Part shown: piece by piece, positions 47,601 through 55,071 of the stretch | Layout: each line of letters opens with the position of its first letter | Numbering within the stretch: the stretch's first letter is position 1 | Virus record (IMG/VR): IMGVR_UViG_3300005613_003983 | Span: 1-55,071 of that record | From: a virus | Taxonomy: Duplodnaviria; Caudoviricetes | Length of the DNA: 55,071 bases | Reading direction: 5' to 3' (one strand) | Notes under the pieces: model-generated | What the model saw: the letters and a program-made list of their open reading frames with translations, nothing else | What the model was told of the DNA's origin: nothing | The model's database searches: none | Made by a program: the position numbers and the translations under genes

Positions 47601-48342
47601 TATGAAAAAGACAAGAAAGGTAATTCATCATAAGGATTTTGATAAAAGAAATAATGCCTCTGGGAATTTAGAAATAATGAGTTGGGATAATCATAGAGAA
47701 TTACATAATAAAGTTGGGAAAACAAATTTTAAAATGTTATGGAAAAAGCCAGAATTTAGAGAAATTTGTAAGAAAAATTCAAGTAGAATAGGTAAAATAA
47801 CTGGTCCAAGAAATATAACTAAATATAATAAATCTAAAGAGCGTATAGAAAAATTAAAAAGAATGAATTTATTTTCTCGGAATGGGACTAAAGTAATGAA
47901 TAAACTTTGGCAAGACTTAGAATTTAGAAAGAGACATAAAGAAAGGTTAATAGGAAGTAATAATCCATTTGCTAGAAAAGACATAACGTTGGCTAAAATA
48001 ATTTTTGTTGCTAAGAATGGTTTCTCGCAAAAGGAAATACTTGAAAAATTGCATTGTACACAAAAAGTATTACACAGAATATTAAGAGAAAATGAAATAT
48101 CAAAACATGAATTTGGGCAAAAATATTATAAAAGCAAGTATTATAACCAGAAATATTTTAACCATAAAATCATTAAGATTGAAAAAATAAAACCAACAAA
48201 AGTTTTTGATATGAAAGTTAAAAAATATCATAATTTTGCCTTATCAGCTGGAGTTTTTGTTCATAATAGTGATGCGGTCGCTGGAGTTTGTTTTCATGCG
48301 GCGCAAGGTACGCCGGGCAGAGGATTTAAGATAATTGGATAA
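44551..48342 (+). CDS. terL: Terminase large subunit with two inteins
   Basis: Walker A GIGSGKS, Walker B AVIDEA, ITSP, HIDLG, TFDGWQ, IDHP.GGSKD..DA. Confidence 0.9.
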   Translation: MTNLIFSPQFEKFIKNANWKEMEILEFLAENPEYQYKPVGMREFLESPNFVTKQDSARPYNKELLIEIFDSGKNLEFFENLGKYEEVLYIAGIGSGKSYVSSMAITYIIYRLLCLRNPQKYFHFAKGTKIAFVNISKSFTQAKDVVFGEIKNRIDNNQWFQNFYPPDPRIKSKIRLPKNIFILPLGSNEESPLGYNIFGAVIDEASFHTSTKDKDYAEESYNQIKKRIRSRFFSKGKTFIITSPRYVYDFAEKKWEEEADNPKVFKRRTPLWEAIPEEMFCGQKFDLGKYVSKYKGKGVMIPIEYEDEFIKNPEKAMRDYGAQPSMSIQGFFNDPDIITSYANYKRKHPISPKTGDFYEWFYNLKSSESFDTDKRFIHIDLGLNKEGKGDCAGFAMGKFNGWIEQRSSLGKMEKKPKIFIDFMLQIKARPKDEIQFEEVRKLVYKLRDIGYNIHKITFDGWQSTLGSTKIKLLDGTNKRIDEIDKKTWIYSYDLKRKEIVPALCHPAIKTGVNKKVYEIILDNGEKLYFTPEHLFLMRDGSYKEVQELKPCNSIMPLYTDYLIRKNKTDTKPRRYEKILQPETNNWEMTHDMVARNIYGKKSKNNVVHHRNFNSEDNRPLNLEYQHYKNHLKMHKMLTQKANEIRWSKKGMREKQAQLMRERNKKFNLPSLLKSPTKEIAKKIALIIQDKWDNDKEYKIKMLKRPVYYGKNSPHYNRQVENELLLKICSSSNTLKEVRQRLELKNNLFIIRRLKSLGYKGFRDYKSQKNHKVVSVKFYKYEDVYDIEVPKYHNFALSAGIFVHNSVDSVQTLKSAGFNADFLSVDRKAEAYYTLKGALLDKRLDFYFYKPFIIELQQLEEIKGMKIDHPRGGSKDVCLAGNTKISLLNGKEVPIKKLVGKSKFEVYSVLPNGQIKIGKIENVVCTGLRKDIYRIWLDNNKHIDCTSNHPFLLRNGRYKRADKLKINDKLMPLYRKLSITNSKTALNGYEMIRQNNSGKWVFTHQLVAKDIFEFTYKNMKKTRKVIHHKDFDKRNNASGNLEIMSWDNHRELHNKVGKTNFKMLWKKPEFREICKKNSSRIGKITGPRNITKYNKSKERIEKLKRMNLFSRNGTKVMNKLWQDLEFRKRHKERLIGSNNPFARKDITLAKIIFVAKNGFSQKEILEKLHCTQKVLHRILRENEISKHEFGQKYYKSKYYNQKYFNHKIIKIEKIKPTKVFDMKVKKYHNFALSAGVFVHNSDAVAGVCFHAAQGTPGRGFKIIG
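45937..46962 (+). mobile_element. Intein 1 in TerL (342 aa, Ser1, HNH endonuclease)
   Basis: WQ|STLGSTKI...TPEHLF...VHHRNFNSEDNRPLNL...FVHN|S. Confidence 0.9.
47179..48267 (+). mobile_element. Intein 2 in TerL (363 aa, HNH endonuclease)
   Basis: DV|CLAGNT...TSNHPF...IHHKDFDKRNN..GNL...FVHN|S. Confidence 0.92.
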
Positions 48343-48345
48343 AAC

Positions 48346-48374
48346 TTGCTTTTTTTAAAAAAAGGTTGTATATT
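48346..48374 (+). promoter_or_regulatory. Possible promoter for the portal gene
   Basis: TTGCTT-17-TATATT. Confidence 0.4.
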
Positions 48375-48387
48375 TTTATTATAAACC

Positions 48388-50994
48388 ATGAAATTCCCAA
48401 AATTCTTAGAAAAAACCGTTTTAAATAGTGAAAATGTTAAAGAAAAGGTAGTTCAAACTAAGAATGATATTAAAAAAGAATTGGAAAGGGATTTAAAGAC
48501 ACAATATAATAAGGAAGTTGTCAAAGCGGTTAATAAAGCATTAGAGGTAGCAAAAAAAGATTGGTCTTTAGATACTGCTAAAGCATTAGATAATAGGTTT
48601 AAAAGGTCAAGAAAATATATTTCTACTTCTGGTTATGGTGTAGGAAAATTCTTGGCTAATGCTTATCAATCTGGTAAAAATTATAACACCTTATCTACTT
48701 TATTCTCTGATTCTCCTGGTTCAATACAAGCCGCTCAAAGAATTCGTGATGGTGTTTTAGGTAGTGGTTATGTAATTAAACCATCAATTGAAGGTAAGAA
48801 GGGAAGTAAAAAAGATTTAAAGAAATTAATCAGGTTTTTTGATGCTCCTAATCCCGATGATACCATTGAAACATTATTGGGTGTTTGTGTTGAAAATTAT
48901 TTAGCTTATGGGAATTTTTATTTAGAAAAAGTCCCCACAAAAAAAAGTGCAAAAAGAAAAATAAAACCAATGGAGGTTGCTGCTCTTTATAATCTTGACC
49001 CAGTAAAAATGACGATTTTGGTAGATGCTGCCAAAAAGAAAAAAGGTGTTTTAGAAAAAGTGGGGTATAAAAGAACAACAGAACAAAATAAAGCAGTAAT
49101 TTATAATTTAGATGAGATTTTTCAAACAAGAAGGCCGAATAGAAGAGCGGATTTATATGGTAGAGCGGTTTTAGAAGATAACACAGCGACTTTACAATTA
49201 CTTTTAAGAGCATTAACTTATAATATTAATATTTTGAGAAATGGTGGTCGTCCACCTATGCAATTAATACTTCCTGAAGATTCTACAGAAGCAGATGCGG
49301 ATTCTGTCTCTGCTTATTATGAAAAGAATTATATGGGTCCCCACAATGCAGGAAAAACATTAGTTACATTTAAGGGGGCAAAAGCAGAGGCTTTGGGTAT
49401 CACTCCTCAAGATATGGCTTATTTAGAGCTTCTTAGATATGGTTTAAGATTGGTTGTTGGACAATATGGTGTTCCTCTATTGCTTGTTGGTTTTCCAGAA
49501 GGAACAAATAGAGCTTGTTATTCAGCAGACACAGAAGTATTAACAGAGGATGGTTGGAAATATCATTGGGAAGTAGAAAAAGATGAAAAAATAGCAATTT
49601 TCAATCCTGATAATCAATCAGTTTTCTTTGAAAAACCAAAAAGTTTAGTTAAATATGAAGTATCTGAGCATCTAATCCATTTCCAAAATAAAAAAGGTGG
49701 AGATATTTTAGTTACTGAAGACCATACAATGTTTTGTAAGCAATCAAAAAGGGAATATAAAATTAAAAAAGCTAAGGAAATAGAACATCTAAAAAAAGTT
49801 ATAATGCCATCAGCTCCTCATATGTTTAAATCTCACTATGAACCTAAAGAGATGTTTAAAGTTGAGGCTGTTTATCACCAAAATCATAAAGCAAATGAAA
49901 AAGATATAAATATTCCAATGACTAACTGGTTGGCCTTTATTGGATTATATCTTTCTGAAGGTGGTTTATTTGTTAAAGGTGAACAAAGTTATAATTATGT
50001 GATTACTTTTGCTCAATCAGATATCGTTAATAAAACGAAAGGGGAAGCAATAGATGGATTGATTTCATCTTTGCCATTTAGTTTTGTAAGAAATGCTAAA
50101 AGTAAAGATGGATGCAGAAGATGGTCAATACATGATAAAAATCTATGGACATATTTAAAAAACAATTGTGGTGGATATTCTCATCAAAAGAGAATTCCTA
50201 GAGAATTAATGAATTTACCAAAAGAAGCTTCAAGAATTTTATTTGACTGGTTAATGCTTGGAGATGGAACAATTGATAAAAGAAATGGTAGAAATTCAGT
50301 AAGTTATGCTACTAACTCAAAACAATTAGCAGATGATGTTCAAGAAATAGCTTTTAAACTAGGATTAAATACAAAAATAGTTTCTAACATAGATAAAAGA
50401 GGCAATAGGAAAGAACTATTTAGGGTTTTAATGTCTAAAAAAGTAGAAAAACATTATTCTTCTGAAGATAATACAATTTCAAGGGAAATGTATGAAGGAG
50501 ATGTTTATTGTTTTTCAGTTTCAACTGGATTTTATGTAACTAGAAGAAATGGTTGTATTGCTTTACAAGGAAATACTGCTTCAGAGGCAAGGCGTTCTTT
50601 TTATCTAACCAATATTTACCCTTTAAGAAAACTTATTTCTCAAAAGATTACTAAAGAGATTATTCAACAAGGAATGGGTGTTGAGGGTTGGCGTTTAGAT
50701 TTTAAAACTGCAGGAATTGAAGAATCAGAATCATCTCGAAGAGACTTTATGATGGCTTGGACTAAAGGATTATATACATTTAATGAGGCAAGAATTGCAA
50801 TGGGATTATTACCGATTGACGAGGCTTGGGCTAATAAACATTATTTAGTCGGTAGTAAAAATGACTTTTTGTTATCAATTAAAGATGCTATTGGTAGAAA
50901 ACCAGAAGGAAATAATTCTGAAACGAAAAATCCAAAACCTGAAAGGGGTAAGGGAGAAGAAAATCCAGAAGAAGATGAATCTTCACATGATTAA
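48388..50994 (+). CDS. Portal protein containing an intein
   Basis: Follows terL; F..PNP, GNFYLE, YG...LE, RNGG.P, DM.YLEL, YGVP...G, T.NEAR..MGL.P. Confidence 0.88.
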   Translation: MKFPKFLEKTVLNSENVKEKVVQTKNDIKKELERDLKTQYNKEVVKAVNKALEVAKKDWSLDTAKALDNRFKRSRKYISTSGYGVGKFLANAYQSGKNYNTLSTLFSDSPGSIQAAQRIRDGVLGSGYVIKPSIEGKKGSKKDLKKLIRFFDAPNPDDTIETLLGVCVENYLAYGNFYLEKVPTKKSAKRKIKPMEVAALYNLDPVKMTILVDAAKKKKGVLEKVGYKRTTEQNKAVIYNLDEIFQTRRPNRRADLYGRAVLEDNTATLQLLLRALTYNINILRNGGRPPMQLILPEDSTEADADSVSAYYEKNYMGPHNAGKTLVTFKGAKAEALGITPQDMAYLELLRYGLRLVVGQYGVPLLLVGFPEGTNRACYSADTEVLTEDGWKYHWEVEKDEKIAIFNPDNQSVFFEKPKSLVKYEVSEHLIHFQNKKGGDILVTEDHTMFCKQSKREYKIKKAKEIEHLKKVIMPSAPHMFKSHYEPKEMFKVEAVYHQNHKANEKDINIPMTNWLAFIGLYLSEGGLFVKGEQSYNYVITFAQSDIVNKTKGEAIDGLISSLPFSFVRNAKSKDGCRRWSIHDKNLWTYLKNNCGGYSHQKRIPRELMNLPKEASRILFDWLMLGDGTIDKRNGRNSVSYATNSKQLADDVQEIAFKLGLNTKIVSNIDKRGNRKELFRVLMSKKVEKHYSSEDNTISREMYEGDVYCFSVSTGFYVTRRNGCIALQGNTASEARRSFYLTNIYPLRKLISQKITKEIIQQGMGVEGWRLDFKTAGIEESESSRRDFMMAWTKGLYTFNEARIAMGLLPIDEAWANKHYLVGSKNDFLLSIKDAIGRKPEGNNSETKNPKPERGKGEENPEEDESSHD
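49516..50574 (+). mobile_element. Intein (353 aa, LAGLIDADG, ends GN) in portal
   Basis: RA|CYSADTEVLT..GW...VTEDH...GLYLSEG...MLGDG...VYC.SV...QGN|T. Confidence 0.9.
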
Positions 50995-51003
50995 AAATAA
51001 AAT

Positions 51004-51032
51004 TTGACTTTTGAAGTAAAATAATGTATAAT
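51004..51032 (+). promoter_or_regulatory. Sigma70-type promoter (conserved-spacer class)
   Basis: TTGACT-17-TATAAT. Confidence 0.8.
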
Positions 51033-51070
51033 ATATAGTTAGAGGTTTAGTTAGGAGGTGAAGTAAAAAA

Positions 51071-52010
51071 ATGCAACAACCAAATGTGCCAAATCCAAAT
51101 CAGAGAATGGTTCGTGGTTTTATGAAGGTAAAATCTTTCATTTCCTCAGAAAATCCCTCACAAAAAGACTTAGAAGAATATGATAAAGGAATTAGTAATT
51201 TCTTTAAAACAATTGATAATCAAAAAAGATTCCTGAATGGAAGAAATTCTTATGCTGTTGGTAAAAAAGCGTACACCCTTGTTTGGTTTCTTGAAAAAAT
51301 TCCTGATGAACCAGTAACTAAACCATTTGGAAATAAAGTAAAACCAGTTAAACCAATTATAAATGACAAAGATTCTAACACCAAAAAAAAGGGAAATTAA
51401 TGAAACTGAAGAAGTAGTCTTGCCTTATGTCAAATGTGATATTTGTGGAAATTTTACCACAACGGGATTACATCAAATAAGGTTAAAAATGATAAAACCA
51501 GCCTATATGAAAAAGGTTGATGGTCAATGGAAAAGAATACCACCAGTAATGAAGAAAGTAGATGTTTATATGTGTACTAAGTGTGTAAAGGAAGGAAAAA
51601 AATGGCGAGGAACAAAACCAATATAAATAGACCTATTATAAATTTGATAATATAACATGGCAATAAAAAAAGTTGAATCAAAACCTAAAATACATTTACC
51701 TGATGGTTCTACTAAAGTGGCTGGTGAAAAGCAACAAAAACCATTGTTACAAATTACTTTACCTGCTCCACCAGAAGGAAATCTAAATTCTCCAGTACCT
51801 TATGGAAAACATAATTTATGTGCTCAAAAGAATTTTGAACAGGTGGCAAATATTGTTATGGCAATAATAAGCAATCAAAAGTTAATGGGACTTACTATTA
51901 CCAAATTCAGTAAAAAATTAAAGGAATTAGAAAAGAATGATAAAAAAATAATGAAAAATATAGGAGAATTATTAAAGGAAAATAAAAATGTCAAATCAAA
52001 TAATACTTAA
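51071..52010 (+). other. Three hypothetical genes (51071, 51363 zinc finger, 51657)
   Basis: 51363 has CDICG...CTKC; RBS AGGAGGTGA before 51071. Confidence 0.6.
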
Positions 52011-52620
52011 TCAAGAACAGAAGTTAAGGATAGATGCTTTTAAAGATAGATTAAAGAAACGAGAAATTTGGATTAATGGTCTAATTAATAATTCTCTTGT
52101 AGAAATCCTCTATACAAATATAATAAATCTTCAAGAACAATCTAGTGAGCTTCCTATGGCAATTGTGATTAATTCTAATGGTGGAACTTTTCATGAGGCG
52201 GTGGTAGCAACAGATTTAATGGGAACAAGTCCTTGTCTTATCAGAACAGTAGCCTTAGCAAATGCTATTTCTGGAGGATTTATTCTTTTTATGGGGGGCA
52301 GTGTGAGAATTTGCCATGATTATACTAATTTAATGATGCACTCTGCTGGATTTGGAATTATGGATAAAGTTCCTGATATAGAAAGAAAAGTGAAGCATAT
52401 TAAATATTTTCAAGAAAAGTTAGCAAAATTTCTTTCCCAACAAACAGGAGGTAAAACAACTAAGGAATATTGGATAGAAATATTTGAAAGTGGAAAAGAT
52501 AAATGGTTTTCTATTGAAGAAGCATTAAAATTAGGAATAGTTCATAAAGTAGTTAAAAGAAAATCCATGATAGATTCAACATTTAATGTAACTGAACCTT
52601 ATATGTGGATATTAAAATGA
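51988..52620 (+). CDS. ClpP-like protease
   Basis: INSNGG, A.SGG (Ser), MMHS (His), DKWF..EEA...GIV. Confidence 0.85.
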   Translation: MSNQIILNQEQKLRIDAFKDRLKKREIWINGLINNSLVEILYTNIINLQEQSSELPMAIVINSNGGTFHEAVVATDLMGTSPCLIRTVALANAISGGFILFMGGSVRICHDYTNLMMHSAGFGIMDKVPDIERKVKHIKYFQEKLAKFLSQQTGGKTTKEYWIEIFESGKDKWFSIEEALKLGIVHKVVKRKSMIDSTFNVTEPYMWILK

Positions 52621-52886
52621 AAAAAGCTGAATTAAAAGAGAAATTAATTAAAATATTATTAACTGAGAATATTCAAGCAACTTTCTCTGTTGCTAAAGCG
52701 ATTGATGAATTTATTAATGTAGATGTTGATAAAGAAATAACTAGAGCTAAAAAGGAAATGTTGGAGAAAGTAAAACAAGCTAGGTTTGAACTAGAAGGAA
52801 CGGAAGAAATGGTTAAACTTGATTTTATTCTTTACAAGATAGATGATTTAATCAAAGAACTAAACAATTATTTAAAAAATAACTGA
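52605..52886 (+). CDS. Hypothetical protein
   Basis: ORF ending NYLKNN within a repeat. Confidence 0.55.
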   Translation: MDIKMKKAELKEKLIKILLTENIQATFSVAKAIDEFINVDVDKEITRAKKEMLEKVKQARFELEGTEEMVKLDFILYKIDDLIKELNNYLKNN

Positions 52887-52932
52887 GGGGTTTAATTATA
52901 GATTTGTTAAAAGAGGAAAATGAGGAAAAAAT

Positions 52933-53112
52933 ATGAAGAAAATTGAAGAAGAAAAACGAATAATAAGTTATGTCATTGTTACAATGATTTTAATAATGTT
53001 ATTTTTGCTTTTTATTCTTATTACTTTATGGTTTGGTGGGAAAATAGCGTTAAGTGTAGTTATTGGATTAGCCCTTGTCTTTTTGTTCAACGCTTTATTA
53101 ATGCTTTATTAA
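52933..53112 (+). CDS. Small two-TM membrane protein (59 aa)
   Basis: MKKIEEEKRIISYVIVTMILIMLFLLFIL...; GAGG RBS. Confidence 0.6.
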   Translation: MKKIEEEKRIISYVIVTMILIMLFLLFILITLWFGGKIALSVVIGLALVFLFNALLMLY

Positions 53113-53184
53113 ATGGTCTTGAAGAGAGAAGAAAATGAGGAAAATATAGATAATTATTTAAAAAATAACTGAGCGGTTAATAAA

Positions 53185-53841
53185 ATGAAAGAATGTTGTT
53201 TTTGTCATGATTTAGAAGGACATGCTGAAAATGTCAGGCAATTATTGCCAGAATTAGGAGCAAAACTAATAGTAGCAGAAACTCCTCATTTACTAGCTTT
53301 TGGTGAAGCCTATCCAGTAGTTGATGAACCTCATTATCTTATAATTCCAAGAGACCATTATCAGGCTTTTAGCCATTTACCAGAAGAATTTGGTCAGGAG
53401 ATGGACGGACTAGTTAAACACTTAGCCGATAGAGATTTTATAATGTTTGAGCATGGTGAGCTGGCTGATAAGGTTAAGGTTAGATCGGTTCTTCACGCCC
53501 ATACTCATTTAATTCCTACTAATAGAAATATGCTAGCACAAGTAGTAGAAAAAACTAGACAGGCGGGAGTAATACCGCAGTATGTTCATTTTGACGGTCT
53601 TTCTACAATTAAGCAATTAAATAGAGTAGTTGATGAAAATGGCTATTTTATGTTTAGACAAGGTGAGCATGGTTTTTTTGTGCCTGAGGCTGGTCATGAA
53701 TTACCATCACAGTTTTTCAGAAGAGTTATTGATGAGTTGACCGAACCAGAACAACCTTTTCTTGATTGGAAGGAATTGGATGATGAAAGTAAGATTATTT
53801 TTCAAAGAAGATTAACTAATTTAAAGGAGATTAAAAGATGA
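53185..53841 (+). CDS. HIT-family nucleotide hydrolase-like protein
   Basis: CCFC, HYLIIPRDH, FEHG, HAHTHLIP. Confidence 0.75.
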   Translation: MKECCFCHDLEGHAENVRQLLPELGAKLIVAETPHLLAFGEAYPVVDEPHYLIIPRDHYQAFSHLPEEFGQEMDGLVKHLADRDFIMFEHGELADKVKVRSVLHAHTHLIPTNRNMLAQVVEKTRQAGVIPQYVHFDGLSTIKQLNRVVDENGYFMFRQGEHGFFVPEAGHELPSQFFRRVIDELTEPEQPFLDWKELDDESKIIFQRRLTNLKEIKR

Positions 53842-54209
53842 AATGCCCTTTTTGTGATTTAAAAAAACTAAAAGAAGAACATACTATTATTTTCAAGACA
53901 GAAAATTATATTTTCTTTAAGGATAAATTTCCTGTAGTTGAAGGTCATTGCCTTTTAATTCCTAAAAAGCACGTTAGAAAAGAAGAAGAATTGCCCGAAG
54001 GTTTTAAAGAATGTTCTATTAGAGCGTGGAGATGGGTGGAAAAACATTATTCTCAACCAGTTACTTTTGTCCACCCGCCTAAATTACAAAAGGTTTTTCA
54101 TTATCATAGACATTTTATTCCTTCAAAAAATTTCAAAAGGGGTTTAATTATAGATTTGTTAAAAGAGGAAAATGAGGAAAAAATAGACAATTATTTAAAA
54201 AATGCCTGA
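53838..54209 (+). CDS. HIT-family protein
   Basis: CPFC, PVVEGHCLLIPKKH, Q.VFHYHRHFIP. Confidence 0.8.
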   Translation: MKCPFCDLKKLKEEHTIIFKTENYIFFKDKFPVVEGHCLLIPKKHVRKEEELPEGFKECSIRAWRWVEKHYSQPVTFVHPPKLQKVFHYHRHFIPSKNFKRGLIIDLLKEENEEKIDNYLKNA

Positions 54210-54234
54210 GAGGTTAAAGGCATAGAAAGGGAAG

Positions 54235-54873
54235 ATGAAGAAATATCATAAAATTCAATCAGTTTATTTAAGAGACCCCGAAAATAAGTTTAGGACATTT
54301 TTAGATGGTCAATGGTCAAGGCCTGAACTTGGTTATTTAAAAGATAATGTTTGGGTTTGGACTGAAAAAATTGACGGAACAAACATTAGAATCATGTGGG
54401 ATGGTAAAAATATTATCTTTGGTGGCAAAACAGACAATGCTCAAATTCCCGCTTTTCTAGTCAATAGGCTTAACAAACTCTTTGAAGGAACTGCTAATAG
54501 AAAAAAAATGAAAGATATTTTTGGCGAGGAAGGCGAAGTTTGTCTTTATGGTGAAGGCTATGGAGCTAAAATTCAAAAAGGTGGTGGCAATTATATTCCT
54601 AATGGCCAGAACTTTATTTTATTTGATGTCAATATTGGAGGTATTTGGCTTGAAAGGAATAATGTAGAAGATATTGCTAATAAGTTTGAAATTAAAACTG
54701 TTCCTATTATTGGTAAGGGGGCACTAAAAGAAGCAATAGAATTAGTCAAAAAAGGCTTTGATTCAAAAGAGGGAAAGTTGATAGCAGAGGGATTAGTAAT
54801 ACGACCAGAAGTAGAATTGAAAGATAGACGAGGATATAGAATTATTACTAAAGTTAAACATAGAGATTTTTAA
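54235..54873 (+). CDS. ATP-dependent RNA ligase (Rnl2-like nucleotidyltransferase domain)
   Basis: YHKI, TEKIDGTN, LYGEGYG, FILFDV, EGLVIRP, TKVK. Confidence 0.82.
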   Translation: MKKYHKIQSVYLRDPENKFRTFLDGQWSRPELGYLKDNVWVWTEKIDGTNIRIMWDGKNIIFGGKTDNAQIPAFLVNRLNKLFEGTANRKKMKDIFGEEGEVCLYGEGYGAKIQKGGGNYIPNGQNFILFDVNIGGIWLERNNVEDIANKFEIKTVPIIGKGALKEAIELVKKGFDSKEGKLIAEGLVIRPEVELKDRRGYRIITKVKHRDF

Positions 54874-54917
54874 ATGACTAACCTAATCCATTTATATTTT
54901 AAAGAAAGGAGTAATTC

Positions 54918-55071
54918 ATGAAAAAATCAATCGTGATTGATGGTACAAAATATGTGCCAGCTAGTTCTAAAAAGCTCGCTAGTAAAAATAAAGGGCTTGA
55001 TTATGTAATTCTAAGGACTTATTCAGCAGGGGTATTCGCTGGATATCTTAAAAGCAGGAAGGGTAAAGAAG
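54918..55071 (+). CDS. Hypothetical protein, truncated by window end
   Basis: GAAAGGAG RBS; MKKSIVIDGTKY...YVILRTYSAGVFAGYL. Confidence 0.6.
   Translation, partial: MKKSIVIDGTKYVPASSKKLASKNKGLDYVILRTYSAGVFAGYLKSRKGKE

Larger units (their letters stand above)
52864..54210 (+). repeat. Dispersed direct repeats A (47 bp) and B (about 24 bp) flanking gene cassettes
   Basis: A ggggtttaattatagatttgttaaaagaggaaaatgaggaaaaaata at 52887 and 54139 (partial at 53131); B aattatttaaaaaat..ctgag near 52866, 53152 and 54189. Confidence 0.85.

Noticed and set aside
955-49213. Numerous minus-strand ORFs in the track (e.g. 20440, 23119, 29627, 48848)
   Set aside because: Phe/Leu/Ser-rich shadows of Lys/Glu-rich plus-strand genes; no motifs or RBS.
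1-55071. Stop-codon reassignment
   Set aside because: Conserved genes are intact under code 11, and TAA, TAG and TGA all end genes at sensible positions.

Overview
A 55-kb stretch of an AT-rich dsDNA tailed-phage genome, with essentially all genes on the + strand and standard code 11. The host is uncertain; the SSB N-terminus and several small families suggest Patescibacteria/CPR. Gene order: end of tail module, lysis genes, metallophosphoesterase/DUF1599 pair, then a sigma70-type promoter driving a long array of small early genes separated by about 10 structurally conserved hairpins. These are followed by SLT, MoxR/VWA, Gam-like, RtcB, Rad52-like, a replication initiator with internal iterons, intein-containing RecA, SSB, an RNA ligase, tRNA-Pro, a 7-deazaguanine DNA-modification cluster (queD, queE, queC, folE, queF, dpdA-like, ParB-N x2), terminase (2 inteins), portal (1 intein), ClpP-like, two HIT proteins and a second RNA ligase. 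The standout observation is a complete, fully paired, CCA-ended tRNA-Pro(UGG) (24129-24205) embedded in frame, on the same strand, inside the coding sequence of the tRNA-repair ligase RtcB. Also notable: three intron-less homing endonucleases that each appear to have replaced a terminus of their target gene, a hairpin whose loop is antisense to the phage's own Shine-Dalgarno motif, a pseudoknot in the rtcB operon leader, and a mini-ComM/YifB lacking its ATPase core. All functional calls come from motif recognition by eye; no database searches were run.
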